From: Naegleria gruberi
Taxonomy: Eukaryota
NCBI GenBank assembly: GCA_000004985.1
Contig: GG738849.1
DNA length: 64,000 bases
Direction: 5' to 3' (one strand)
Part shown: one piece after another, positions 24,001-36,000 of the stretch
Numbering within the stretch: the stretch's first letter is position 1
Layout: every line of letters begins with the position of its first letter
Made by a program: the position numbers and the translations under genes
Notes under the pieces: generated by a model
Seen by the model: the letters and a program-made list of their open reading frames with translations, nothing else
Database searches by the model: none
Told to the model about the DNA's origin: nothing

Positions 24001-27000
24001 NNNNNNNNNNNNNNNNNNNNNNNNNNNNNNNNNNNNNNNNNNNNNNNNNNNNNNNNNNNNNNNNNNNNNNNNNNNNNNNNNNNNNNNNNNNNNNNNNNNN
24101 NNNNNNNNNNNNNNNNNNNNNNNNNNNNNNNNNNNNNNNNNNNNNNNNNNNNNNNNNNNNNNNNNNNNNNNNNNNNNNNNNNNNNNNNNNNNNNNNNNNN
24201 NNNNNNNNNNNNNNNNNNNNNNNNNNNNNNNNNNNNNNNNNNNNNNNNNNNNNNNNNNNNNNNNNNNNNNNNNNNNNNNNNNNNNNNNNNNNNNNNNNNN
24301 NNNNNNNNNNNNNNNNNNNNNNNNNNNNNNNNNNNNNNNNNNNNNNNNNNNNNNNNNNNNNNNNNNNNNNNNNNNNNNNNNNNNNNNNNNNNNNNNNNNN
24401 NNNNNNNNNNNNNNNNNNNNNNNNNNNNNNNNNNNNNNNNNNNNNNNNNNNNNNNNNNNNNNNNNNNNNNNNNNNNNNNNNNNNNNNNNNNNNNNNNNNN
24501 NNNNNNNNNNNNNNNNNNNNNNNNNNNNNNNNNNNNNNNNNNNNNNNNNNNNNNNNNNNNNNNNNNNNNNNNNNNNNNNNNNNNNNNNNNNNNNNNNNNN
24601 NNNNNNNNNNNNNNNNNNNNNNNNNNNNNNNNNNNNNNNNNNNNNNNNNNNNNNNNNNNNNNNNNNNNNNNNNNNNNNNNNNNNNNNNNNNNNNNNNNNN
24701 NNNNNNNNNNNNNNNNNNNNNNNNNNNNNNNNNNNNNNNNNNNNNNNNNNNNNNNNNNNNNNNNNNNNNNNNNNNNNNNNNNNNNNNNNNNNNNNNNNNN
24801 NNNNNNNNNNNNNNNNNNNNNNNNNNNNNNNNNNNNNNNNNNNNNNNNNNNNNNNNNNNNNNNNNNNNNNNNNNNNNNNNNNNNNNNNNNNNNNNNNNNN
24901 NNNNNNNNNNNNNNNNNNNNNNNNNNNNNNNNNNNNNNNNNNNNNNNNNNNNNNNNNNNNNNNNNNNNNNNNNNNNNNNNNNNNNNNNNNNNNNNNNNNN
25001 NNNNNNNNNNNNNNNNNNNNNNNNNNNNNNNNNNNNNNNNNNNNNNNNNNNNNNNNNNNNNNNNNNNNNNNNNNNNNNNNNNNNNNNNNNNNNNNNNNNN
25101 NNNNNNNNNNNNNNNNNNNNNNNNNNNNNNNNNNNNNNNNNNNNNNNNNNNNNNNNNNNNNNNNNNNNNNNNNNNNNNNNNNNNNNNNNNNNNNNNNNNN
25201 NNNNNNNNNNNNNNNNNNNNNNNNNNNNNNNNNNNNNNNNNNNNNNNNNNNNNNNNNNNNNNNNNNNNNNNNNNNNNNNNNNNNNNNNNNNNNNNNNNNN
25301 NNNNNNNNNNNNNNNNNNNNNNNNNNNNNNNNNNNNNNNNNNNNNNNNNNNNNNNNNNNNNNNNNNNNNNNNNNNNNNNNNNNNNNNNNNNNNNNNNNNN
25401 NNNNNNNNNNNNNNNNNNNNNNNNNNNNNNNNNNNNNNNNNNNNNNNNNNNNNNNNNNNNNNNNNNNNNNNNNNNNNNNNNNNNNNNNNNNNNNNNNNNN
25501 NNNNNNNNNNNNNNNNNNNNNNNNNNNNNNNNNNNNNNNNNNNNNNNNNNNNNNNNNNNNNNNNNNNNNNNNNNNNNNNNNNNNNNNNNNNNNNNNNNNN
25601 NNNNNNNNNNNNNNNNNNNNNNNNNNNNNNNNNNNNNNNNNNNNNNNNNNNNNNNNNNNNNNNNNNNNNNNNNNNNNNNNNNNNNNNNNNNNNNNNNNNN
25701 NNNNNNNNNNNNNNNNNNNNNNNNNNNNNNNNNNNNNNNNNNNNNNNNNNNNNNNNNNNNNNNNNNNNNNNNNNNNNNNNNNNNNNNNNNNNNNNNNNNN
25801 NNNNNNNNNNNNNNNNNNNNNNNNNNNNNNNNNNNNNNNNNNNNNNNNNNNNNNNNNNNNNNNNNNNNNNNNNNNNNNNNNNNNNNNNNNNNNNNNNNNN
25901 NNNNNNNNNNNNNNNNNNNNNNNNNNNNNNNNNNNNNNNNNNNNNNNNNNNNNNNNNNNNNNNNNNNNNNNNNNNNNNNNNNNNNNNNNNNNNNNNNNNN
26001 NNNNNNNNNNNNNNNNNNNNNNNNNNNNNNNNNNNNNNNNNNNNNNNNNNNNNNNNNNNNNNNNNNNNNNNNNNNNNNNNNNNNNNNNNNNNNNNNNNNN
26101 NNNNNNNNNNNNNNNNNNNNNNNNNNNNNNNNNNNNNNNNNNNNNNNNNNNNNNNNNNNNNNNNNNNNNNNNNNNNNNNNNNNNNNNNNNNNNNNNNNNN
26201 NNNNNNNNNNNNNNNNNNNNNNNNNNNNNNNNNNNNNNNNNNNNNNNNNNNNNNNNNNNNNNNNNNNNNNNNNNNNNNNNNNNNNNNNNNNNNNNNNNNN
26301 NNNNNNNNNNNNNNNNNNNNNNNNNNNNNNNNNNNNNNNNNNNNNNNNNNNNNNNNNNNNNNNNNNNNNNNNNNNNNNNNNNNNNNNNNNNNNNNNNNNN
26401 NNNNNNNNNNNNNNNNNNNNNNNNNNNNNNNNNNNNNNNNNNNNNNNNNNNNNNNNNNNNNNNNNNNNNNNNNNNNNNNNNNNNNNNNNNNNNNNNNNNN
26501 NNNNNNNNNNNNNNNNNNNNNNNNNNNNNNNNNNNNNNNNNNNNNNNNNNNNNNNNNNNNNNNNNNNNNNNNNNNNNNNNNNNNNNNNNNNNNNNNNNNN
26601 NNNNNNNNNNNNNNNNNNNNNNNNNNNNNNNNNNNNNNNNNNNNNNNNNNNNNNNNNNNNNNNNNNNNNNNNNNNNNNNNNNNNNNNNNNNNNNNNNNNN
26701 NNNNNNNNNNNNNNNNNNNNNNNNNNNNNNNNNNNNNNNNNNNNNNNNNNNNNNNNNNNNNNNNNNNNNNNNNNNNNNNNNNNNNNNNNNNNNNNNNNNN
26801 NNNNNNNNNNNNNNNNNNNNNNNNNNNNNNNNNNNNNNNNNNNNNNNNNNNNNNNNNNNNNNNNNNNNNNNNNNNNNNNNNNNNNNNNNNNNNNNNNNNN
26901 NNNNNNNNNNNNNNNNNNNNNNNNNNNNNNNNNNNNNNNNNNNNNNNNNNNNNNNNNNNNNNNNNNNNNNNNNNNNNNNNNNNNNNNNNNNNNNNNNNNN

Positions 27001-30000
27001 NNNNNNNNNNNNNNNNNNNNNNNNNNNNNNNNNNNNNNNNNNNNNNNNNNNNNNNNNNNNNNNNNNNNNNNNNNNNNNNNNNNNNNNNNNNNNNNNNNNN
27101 NNNNNNNNNNNNNNNNNNNNNNNNNNNNNNNNNNNNNNNNNNNNNNNNNNNNNNNNNNNNNNNNNNNNNNNNNNNNNNNNNNNNNNNNNNNNNNNNNNNN
27201 NNNNNNNNNNNNNNNNNNNNNNNNNNNNNNNNNNNNNNNNNNNNNNNNNNNNNNNNNNNNNNNNNNNNNNNNNNNNNNNNNNNNNNNNNNNNNNNNNNNN
27301 NNNNNNNNNNNNNNNNNNNNNNNNNNNNNNNNNNNNNNNNNNNNNNNNNNNNNNNNNNNNNNNNNNNNNNNNNNNNNNNNNNNNNNNNNNNNNNNNNNNN
27401 NNNNNNNNNNNNNNNNNNNNNNNNNNNNNNNNNNNNNNNNNNNNNNNNNNNNNNNNNNNNNNNNNNNNNNNNNNNNNNNNNNNNNNNNNNNNNNNNNNNN
27501 NNNNNNNNNNNNNNNNNNNNNNNNNNNNNNNNNNNNNNNNNNNNNNNNNNNNNNNNNNNNNNNNNNNNNNNNNNNNNNNNNNNNNNNNNNNNNNNNNNNN
27601 NNNNNNNNNNNNNNNNNNNNNNNNNNNNNNNNNNNNNNNNNNNNNNNNNNNNNNNNNNNNNNNNNNNNNNNNNNNNNNNNNNNNNNNNNNNNNNNNNNNN
27701 NNNNNNNNNNNNNNNNNNNNNNNNNNNNNNNNNNNNNNNNNNNNNNNNNNNNNNNNNNNNNNNNNNNNNNNNNNNNNNNNNNNNNNNNNNNNNNNNNNNN
27801 NNNNNNNNNNNNNNNNNNNNNNNNNNNNNNNNNNNNNNNNNNNNNNNNNNNNNNNNNNNNNNNNNNNNNNNNNNNNNNNNNNNNNNNNNNNNNNNNNNNN
27901 NNNNNNNNNNNNNNNNNNNNNNNNNNNNNNNNNNNNNNNNNNNNNNNNNNNNNNNNNNNNNNNNNNNNNNNNNNNNNNNNNNNNNNNNNNNNNNNNNNNN
28001 NNNNNNNNNNNNNNNNNNNNNNNNNNNNNNNNNNNNNNNNNNNNNNNNNNNNNNNNNNNNNNNNNNNNNNNNNNNNNNNNNNNNNNNNNNNNNNNNNNNN
28101 NNNNNNNNNNNNNNNNNNNNNNNNNNNNNNNNNNNNNNNNNNNNNNNNNNNNNNNNNNNNNNNNNNNNNNNNNNNNNNNNNNNNNNNNNNNNNNNNNNNN
28201 NNNNNNNNNNNNNNNNNNNNNNNNNNNNNNNNNNNNNNNNNNNNNNNNNNNNNNNNNNNNNNNNNNNNNNNNNNNNNNNNNNNNNNNNNNNNNNNNNNNN
28301 NNNNNNNNNNNNNNNNNNNNNNNNNNNNNNNNNNNNNNNNNNNNNNNNNNNNNNNNNNNNNNNNNNNNNNNNNNNNNNNNNNNNNNNNNNNNNNNNNNNN
28401 NNNNNNNNNNNNNNNNNNNNNNNNNNNNNNNNNNNNNNNNNNNNNNNNNNNNNNNNNNNNNNNNNNNNNNNNNNNNNNNNNNNNNNNNNNNNNNNNNNNN
28501 NNNNNNNNNNNNNNNNNNNNNNNNNNNNNNNNNNNNNNNNNNNNNNNNNNNNNNNNNNNNNNNNNNNNNNNNNNNNNNNNNNNNNNNNNNNNNNNNNNNN
28601 NNNNNNNNNNNNNNNNNNNNNNNNNNNNNNNNNNNNNNNNNNNNNNNNNNNNNNNNNNNNNNNNNNNNNNNNNNNNNNNNNNNNNNNNNNNNNNNNNNNN
28701 NNNNNNNNNNNNNNNNNNNNNNNNNNNNNNNNNNNNNNNNNNNNNNNNNNNNNNNNNNNNNNNNNNNNNNNNNNNNNNNNNNNNNNNNNNNNNNNNNNNN
28801 NNNNNNNNNNNNNNNNNNNNNNNNNNNNNNNNNNNNNNNNNNNNNNNNNNNNNNNNNNNNNNNNNNNNNNNNNNNNNNNNNNNNNNNNNNNNNNNNNNNN
28901 NNNNNNNNNNNNNNNNNNNNNNNNNNNNNNNNNNNNNNNNNNNNNNNNNNNNNNNNNNNNNNNNNNNNNNNNNNNNNNNNNNNNNNNNNNNNNNNNNNNN
29001 NNNNNNNNNNNNNNNNNNNNNNNNNNNNNNNNNNNNNNNNNNNNNNNNNNNNNNNNNNNNNNNNNNNNNNNNNNNNNNNNNNNNNNNNNNNNNNNNNNNN
29101 NNNNNNNNNNNNNNNNNNNNNNNNNNNNNNNNNNNNNNNNNNNNNNNNNNNNNNNNNNNNNNNNNNNNNNNNNNNNNNNNNNNNNNNNNNNNNNNNNNNN
29201 NNNNNNNNNNNNNNNNNNNNNNNNNNNNNNNNNNNNNNNNNNNNNNNNNNNNNNNNNNNNNNNNNNNNNNNNNNNNNNNNNNNNNNNNNNNNNNNNNNNN
29301 NNNNNNNNNNNNNNNNNNNNNNNNNNNNNNNNNNNNNNNNNNNNNNNNNNNNNNNNNNNNNNNNNNNNNNNNNNNNNNNNNNNNNNNNNNNNNNNNNNNN
29401 NNNNNNNNNNNNNNNNNNNNNNNNNNNNNNNNNNNNNNNNNNNNNNNNNNNNNNNNNNNNNNNNNNNNNNNNNNNNNNNNNNNNNNNNNNNNNNNNNNNN
29501 NNNNNNNNNNNNNNNNNNNNNNNNNNNNNNNNNNNNNNNNNNNNNNNNNNNNNNNNNNNNNNNNNNNNNNNNNNNNNNNNNNNNNNNNNNNNNNNNNNNN
29601 NNNNNNNNNNNNNNNNNNNNNNNNNNNNNNNNNNNNNNNNNNNNNNNNNNNNNNNNNNNNNNNNNNNNNNNNNNNNNNNNNNNNNNNNNNNNNNNNNNNN
29701 NNNNNNNNNNNNNNNNNNNNNNNNNNNNNNNNNNNNNNNNNNNNNNNNNNNNNNNNNNNNNNNNNNNNNNNNNNNNNNNNNNNNNNNNNNNNNNNNNNNN
29801 NNNNNNNNNNNNNNNNNNNNNNNNNNNNNNNNNNNNNNNNNNNNNNNNNNNNNNNNNNNNNNNNNNNNNNNNNNNNNNNNNNNNNNNNNNNNNNNNNNNN
29901 NNNNNNNNNNNNNNNNNNNNNNNNNNNNNNNNNNNNNNNNNNNNNNNNNNNNNNNNNNNNNNNNNNNNNNNNNNNNNNNNNNNNNNNNNNNNNNNNNNNN

Positions 30001-33000
30001 NNNNNNNNNNNNNNNNNNNNNNNNNNNNNNNNNNNNNNNNNNNNNNNNNNNNNNNNNNNNNNNNNNNNNNNNNNNNNNNNNNNNNNNNNNNNNNNNNNNN
30101 NNNNNNNNNNNNNNNNNNNNNNNNNNNNNNNNNNNNNNNNNNNNNNNNNNNNNNNNNNNNNNNNNNNNNNNNNNNNNNNNNNNNNNNNNNNNNNNNNNNN
30201 NNNNNNNNNNNNNNNNNNNNNNNNNNNNNNNNNNNNNNNNNNNNNNNNNNNNNNNNNNNNNNNNNNNNNNNNNNNNNNNNNNNNNNNNNNNNNNNNNNNN
30301 NNNNNNNNNNNNNNNNNNNNNNNNNNNNNNNNNNNNNNNNNNNNNNNNNNNNNNNNNNNNNNNNNNNNNNNNNNNNNNNNNNNNNNNNNNNNNNNNNNNN
30401 NNNNNNNNNNNNNNNNNNNNNNNNNNNNNNNNNNNNNNNNNNNNNNNNNNNNNNNNNNNNNNNNNNNNNNNNNNNNNNNNNNNNNNNNNNNNNNNNNNNN
30501 NNNNNNNNNNNNNNNNNNNNNNNNNNNNNNNNNNNNNNNNNNNNNNNNNNNNNNNNNNNNNNNNNNNNNNNNNNNNNNNNNNNNNNNNNNNNNNNNNNNN
30601 NNNNNNNNNNNNNNNNNNNNNNNNNNNNNNNNNNNNNNNNNNNNNNNNNNNNNNNNNNNNNNNNNNNNNNNNNNNNNNNNNNNNNNNNNNNNNNNNNNNN
30701 NNNNNNNNNNNNNNNNNNNNNNNNNNNNNNNNNNNNNNNNNNNNNNNNNNNNNNNNNNNNNNNNNNNNNNNNNNNNNNNNNNNNNNNNNNNNNNNNNNNN
30801 NNNNNNNNNNNNNNNNNNNNNNNNNNNNNNNNNNNNNNNNNNNNNNNNNNNNNNNNNNNNNNNNNNNNNNNNNNNNNNNNNNNNNNNNNNNNNNNNNNNN
30901 NNNNNNNNNNNNNNNNNNNNNNNNNNNNNNNNNNNNNNNNNNNNNNNNNNNNNNNNNNNNNNNNNNNNNNNNNNNNNNNNNNNNNNNNNNNNNNNNNNNN
31001 NNNNNNNNNNNNNNNNNNNNNNNNNNNNNNNNNNNNNNNNNNNNNNNNNNNNNNNNNNNNNNNNNNNNNNNNNNNNNNNNNNNNNNNNNNNNNNNNNNNN
31101 NNNNNNNNNNNNNNNNNNNNNNNNNNNNNNNNNNNNNNNNNNNNNNNNNNNNNNNNNNNNNNNNNNNNNNNNNNNNNNNNNNNNNNNNNNNNNNNNNNNN
31201 NNNNNNNNNNNNNNNNNNNNNNNNNNNNNNNNNNNNNNNNNNNNNNNNNNNNNNNNNNNNNNNNNNNNNNNNNNNNNNNNNNNNNNNNNNNNNNNNNNNN
31301 NNNNNNNNNNNNNNNNNNNNNNNNNNNNNNNNNNNNNNNNNNNNNNNNNNNNNNNNNNNNNNNNNNNNNNNNNNNNNNNNNNNNNNNNNNNNNNNNNNNN
31401 NNNNNNNNNNNNNNNNNNNNNNNNNNNNNNNNNNNNNNNNNNNNNNNNNNNNNNNNNNNNNNNNNNNNNNNNNNNNNNNNNNNNNNNNNNNNNNNNNNNN
31501 NNNNNNNNNNNNNNNNNNNNNNNNNNNNNNNNNNNNNNNNNNNNNNNNNNNNNNNNNNNNNNNNNNNNNNNNNNNNNNNNNNNNNNNNNNNNNNNNNNNN
31601 NNNNNNNNNNNNNNNNNNNNNNNNNNNNNNNNNNNNNNNNNNNNNNNNNNNNNNNNNNNNNNNNNNNNNNNNNNNNNNNNNNNNNNNNNNNNNNNNNNNN
31701 NNNNNNNNNNNNNNNNNNNNNNNNNNNNNNNNNNNNNNNNNNNNNNNNNNNNNNNNNNNNNNNNNNNNNNNNNNNNNNNNNNNNNNNNNNNNNNNNNNNN
31801 NNNNNNNNNNNNNNNNNNNNNNNNNNNNNNNNNNNNNNNNNNNNNNNNNNNNNNNNNNNNNNNNNNNNNNNNNNNNNNNNNNNNNNNNNNNNNNNNNNNN
31901 NNNNNNNNNNNNNNNNNNNNNNNNNNNNNNNNNNNNNNNNNNNNNNNNNNNNNNNNNNNNNNNNNNNNNNNNNNNNNNNNNNNNNNNNNNNNNNNNNNNN
32001 NNNNNNNNNNNNNNNNNNNNNNNNNNNNNNNNNNNNNNNNNNNNNNNNNNNNNNNNNNNNNNNNNNNNNNNNNNNNNNNNNNNNNNNNNNNNNNNNNNNN
32101 NNNNNNNNNNNNNNNNNNNNNNNNNNNNNNNNNNNNNNNNNNNNNNNNNNNNNNNNNNNNNNNNNNNNNNNNNNNNNNNNNNNNNNNNNNNNNNNNNNNN
32201 NNNNNNNNNNNNNNNNNNNNNNNNNNNNNNNNNNNNNNNNNNNNNNNNNNNNNNNNNNNNNNNNNNNNNNNNNNNNNNNNNNNNNNNNNNNNNNNNNNNN
32301 NNNNNNNNNNNNNNNNNNNNNNNNNNNNNNNNNNNNNNNNNNNNNNNNNNNNNNNNNNNNNNNNNNNNNNNNNNNNNNNNNNNNNNNNNNNNNNNNNNNN
32401 NNNNNNNNNNNNNNNNNNNNNNNNNNNNNNNNNNNNNNNNNNNNNNNNNNNNNNNNNNNNNNNNNNNNNNNNNNNNNNNNNNNNNNNNNNNNNNNNNNNN
32501 NNNNNNNNNNNNNNNNNNNNNNNNNNNNNNNNNNNNNNNNNNNNNNNNNNNNNNNNNNNNNNNNNNNNNNNNNNNNNNNNNNNNNNNNNNNNNNNNNNNN
32601 NNNNNNNNNNNNNNNNNNNNNNNNNNNNNNNNNNNNNNNNNNNNNNNNNNNNNNNNNNNNNNNNNNNNNNNNNNNNNNNNNNNNNNNNNNNNNNNNNNNN
32701 NNNNNNNNNNNNNNNNNNNNNNNNNNNNNNNNNNNNNNNNNNNNNNNNNNNNNNNNNNNNNNNNNNNNNNNNNNNNNNNNNNNNNNNNNNNNNNNNNNNN
32801 NNNNNNNNNNNNNNNNNNNNNNNNNNNNNNNNNNNNNNNNNNNNNNNNNNNNNNNNNNNNNNNNNNNNNNNNNNNNNNNNNNNNNNNNNNNNNNNNNNNN
32901 NNNNNNNNNNNNNNNNNNNNNNNNNNNNNNNNNNNNNNNNNNNNNNNNNNNNNNNNNNNNNNNNNNNNNNNNNNNNNNNNNNNNNNNNNNNNNNNNNNNN

Positions 33001-36000
33001 NNNNNNNNNNNNNNNNNNNNNNNNNNNNNNNNNNNNNNNNNNNNNNNNNNNNNNNNNNNNNNNNNNNNNNNNNNNNNNNNNNNNNNNNNNNNNNNNNNNN
33101 NNNNNNNNNNNNNNNNNNNNNNNNNNNNNNNNNNNNNNNNNNNNNNNNNNNNNNNNNNNNNNNNNNNNNNNNNNNNNNNNNNNNNNNNNNNNNNNNNNNN
33201 NNNNNNNNNNNNNNNNNNNNNNNNNNNNNNNNNNNNNNNNNNNNNNNNNNNNNNNNNNNNNNNNNNNNNNNNNNNNNNNNNNNNNNNNNNNNNNNNNNNN
33301 NNNNNNNNNNNNNNNNNNNNNNNNNNNNNNNNNNNNNNNNNNNNNNNNNNNNNNNNNNNNNNNNNNNNNNNNNNNNNNNNNNNNNNNNNNNNNNNNNNNN
33401 NNNNNNNNNNNNNNNNNNNNNNNNNNNNNNNNNNNNNNNNNNNNNNNNNNNNNNNNNNNNNNNNNNNNNNNNNNNNNNNNNNNNNNNNNNNNNNNNNNNN
33501 NNNNNNNNNNNNNNNNNNNNNNNNNNNNNNNNNNNNNNNNNNNNNNNNNNNNNNNNNNNNNNNNNNNNNNNNNNNNNNNNNNNNNNNNNNNNNNNNNNNN
33601 NNNNNNNNNNNNNNNNNNNNNNNNNNNNNNNNNNNNNNNNNNNNNNNNNNNNNNNNNNNNNNNNNNNNNNNNNNNNNNNNNNNNNNNNNNNNNNNNNNNN
33701 NNNNNNNNNNNNNNNNNNNNNNNNNNNNNNNNNNNNNNNNNNNNNNNNNNNNNNNNNNNNNNNNNNNNNNNNNNNNNNNNNNNNNNNNNNNNNNNNNNNN
33801 NNNNNNNNNNNNNNNNNNNNNNNNNNNNNNNNNNNNNNNNNNNNNNNNNNNNNNNNNNNNNNNNNNNNNNNNNNNNNNNNNNNNNNNNNNNNNNNNNNNN
33901 NNNNNNNNNNNNNNNNNNNNNNNNNNNNNNNNNNNNNNNNNNNNNNNNNNNNNNNNNNNNNNNNNNNNNNNNNNNNNNNNNNNNNNNNNNNNNNNNNNNN
34001 NNNNNNNNNNNNNNNNNNNNNNNNNNNNNNNNNNNNNNNNNNNNNNNNNNNNNNNNNNNNNNNNNNNNNNNNNNNNNNNNNNNNNNNNNNNNNNNNNNNN
34101 NNNNNNNNNNNNNNNNNNNNNNNNNNNNNNNNNNNNNNNNNNNNNNNNNNNNNNNNNNNNNNNNNNNNNNNNNNNNNNNNNNNNNNNNNNNNNNNNNNNN
34201 NNNNNNNNNNNNNNNNNNNNNNNNNNNNNNNNNNNNNNNNNNNNNNNNNNNNNNNNNNNNNNNNNNNNNNNNNNNNNNNNNNNNNNNNNNNNNNNNNNNN
34301 NNNNNNNNNNNNNNNNNNNNNNNNNNNNNNNNNNNNNNNNNNNNNNNNNNNNNNNNNNNNNNNNNNNNNNNNNNNNNNNNNNNNNNNNNNNNNNNNNNNN
34401 NNNNNNNNNNNNNNNNNNNNNNNNNNNNNNNNNNNNNNNNNNNNNNNNNNNNNNNNNNNNNNNNNNNNNNNNNNNNNNNNNNNNNNNNNNNNNNNNNNNN
34501 NNNNNNNNNNNNNNNNNNNNNNNNNNNNNNNNNNNNNNNNNNNNNNNNNNNNNNNNNNNNNNNNNNNNNNNNNNNNNNNNNNNNNNNNNNNNNNNNNNNN
34601 NNNNNNNNNNNNNNNNNNNNNNNNNNNNNNNNNNNNNNNNNNNNNNNNNNNNNNNNNNNNNNNNNNNNNNNNNNNNNNNNNNNNNNNNNNNNNNNNNNNN
34701 NNNNNNNNNNNNNNNNNNNNNNNNNNNNNNNNNNNNNNNNNNNNNNNNNNNNNNNNNNNNNNNNNNNNNNNNNNNNNNNNNNNNNNNNNNNNNNNNNNNN
34801 NNNNNNNNNNNNNNNNNNNNNNNNNNNNNNNNNNNNNNNNNNNNNNNNNNNNNNNNNNNNNNNNNNNNNNNNNNNNNNNNNNNNNNNNNNNNNNNNNNNN
34901 NNNNNNNNNNNNNNNNNNNNNNNNNNNNNNNNNNNNNNNNNNNNNNNNNNNNNNNNNNNNNNNNNNNNNNNNNNNNNNNNNNNNNNNNNNNNNNNNNNNN
35001 NNNNNNNNNNNNNNNNNNNNNNNNNNNNNNNNNNNNNNNNNNNNNNNNNNNNNNNNNNNNNNNNNNNNNNNNNNNNNNNNNNNNNNNNNNNNNNNNNNNN
35101 NNNNNNNNNNNNNNNNNNNNNNNNNNNNNNNNNNNNNNNNNNNNNNNNNNNNNNNNNNNNNNNNNNNNNNNNNNNNNNNNNNNNNNNNNNNNNNNNNNNN
35201 NNNNNNNNNNNNNNNNNNNNNNNNNNNNNNNNNNNNNNNNNNNNNNNNNNNNNNNNNNNNNNNNNNNNNNNNNNNNNNNNNNNNNNNNNNNNNNNNNNNN
35301 NNNNNNNNNNNNNNNNNNNNNNNNNNNNNNNNNNNNNNNNNNNNNNNNNNNNNNNNNNNNNNNNNNNNNNNNNNNNNNNNNNNNNNNNNNNNNNNNNNNN
35401 NNNNNNNNNNNNNNNNNNNNNNNNNNNNNNNNNNNNNNNNNNNNNNNNNNNNNNNNNNNNNNNNNNNNNNNNNNNNNNNNNNNNNNNNNNNNNNNNNNNN
35501 NNNNNNNNNNNNNNNNNNNNNNNNNNNNNNNNNNNNNNNNNNNNNNNNNNNNNNNNNNNNNNNNNNNNNNNNNNNNNNNNNNNNNNNNNNNNNNNNNNNN
35601 NNNNNNNNNNNNNNNNNNNNNNNNNNNNNNNNNNNNNNNNNNNNNNNNNNNNNNNNNNNNNNNNNNNNNNNNNNNNNNNNNNNNNNNNNNNNNNNNNNNN
35701 NNNNNNNNNNNNNNNNNNNNNNNNNNNNNNNNNNNNNNNNNNNNNNNNNNNNNNNNNNNNNNNNNNNNNNNNNNNNNNNNNNNNNNNNNNNNNNNNNNNN
35801 NNNNNNNNNNNNNNNNNNNNNNNNNNNNNNNNNNNNNNNNNNNNNNNNNNNNNNNNNNNNNNNNNNNNNNNNNNNNNNNNNNNNNNNNNNNNNNNNNNNN
35901 NNNNNNNNNNNNNNNNNNNNNNNNNNNNNNNNNNNNNNNNNNNNNNNNNNNNNNNNNNNNNNNNNNNNNNNNNNNNNNNNNNNNNNNNNNNNNNNNNNNN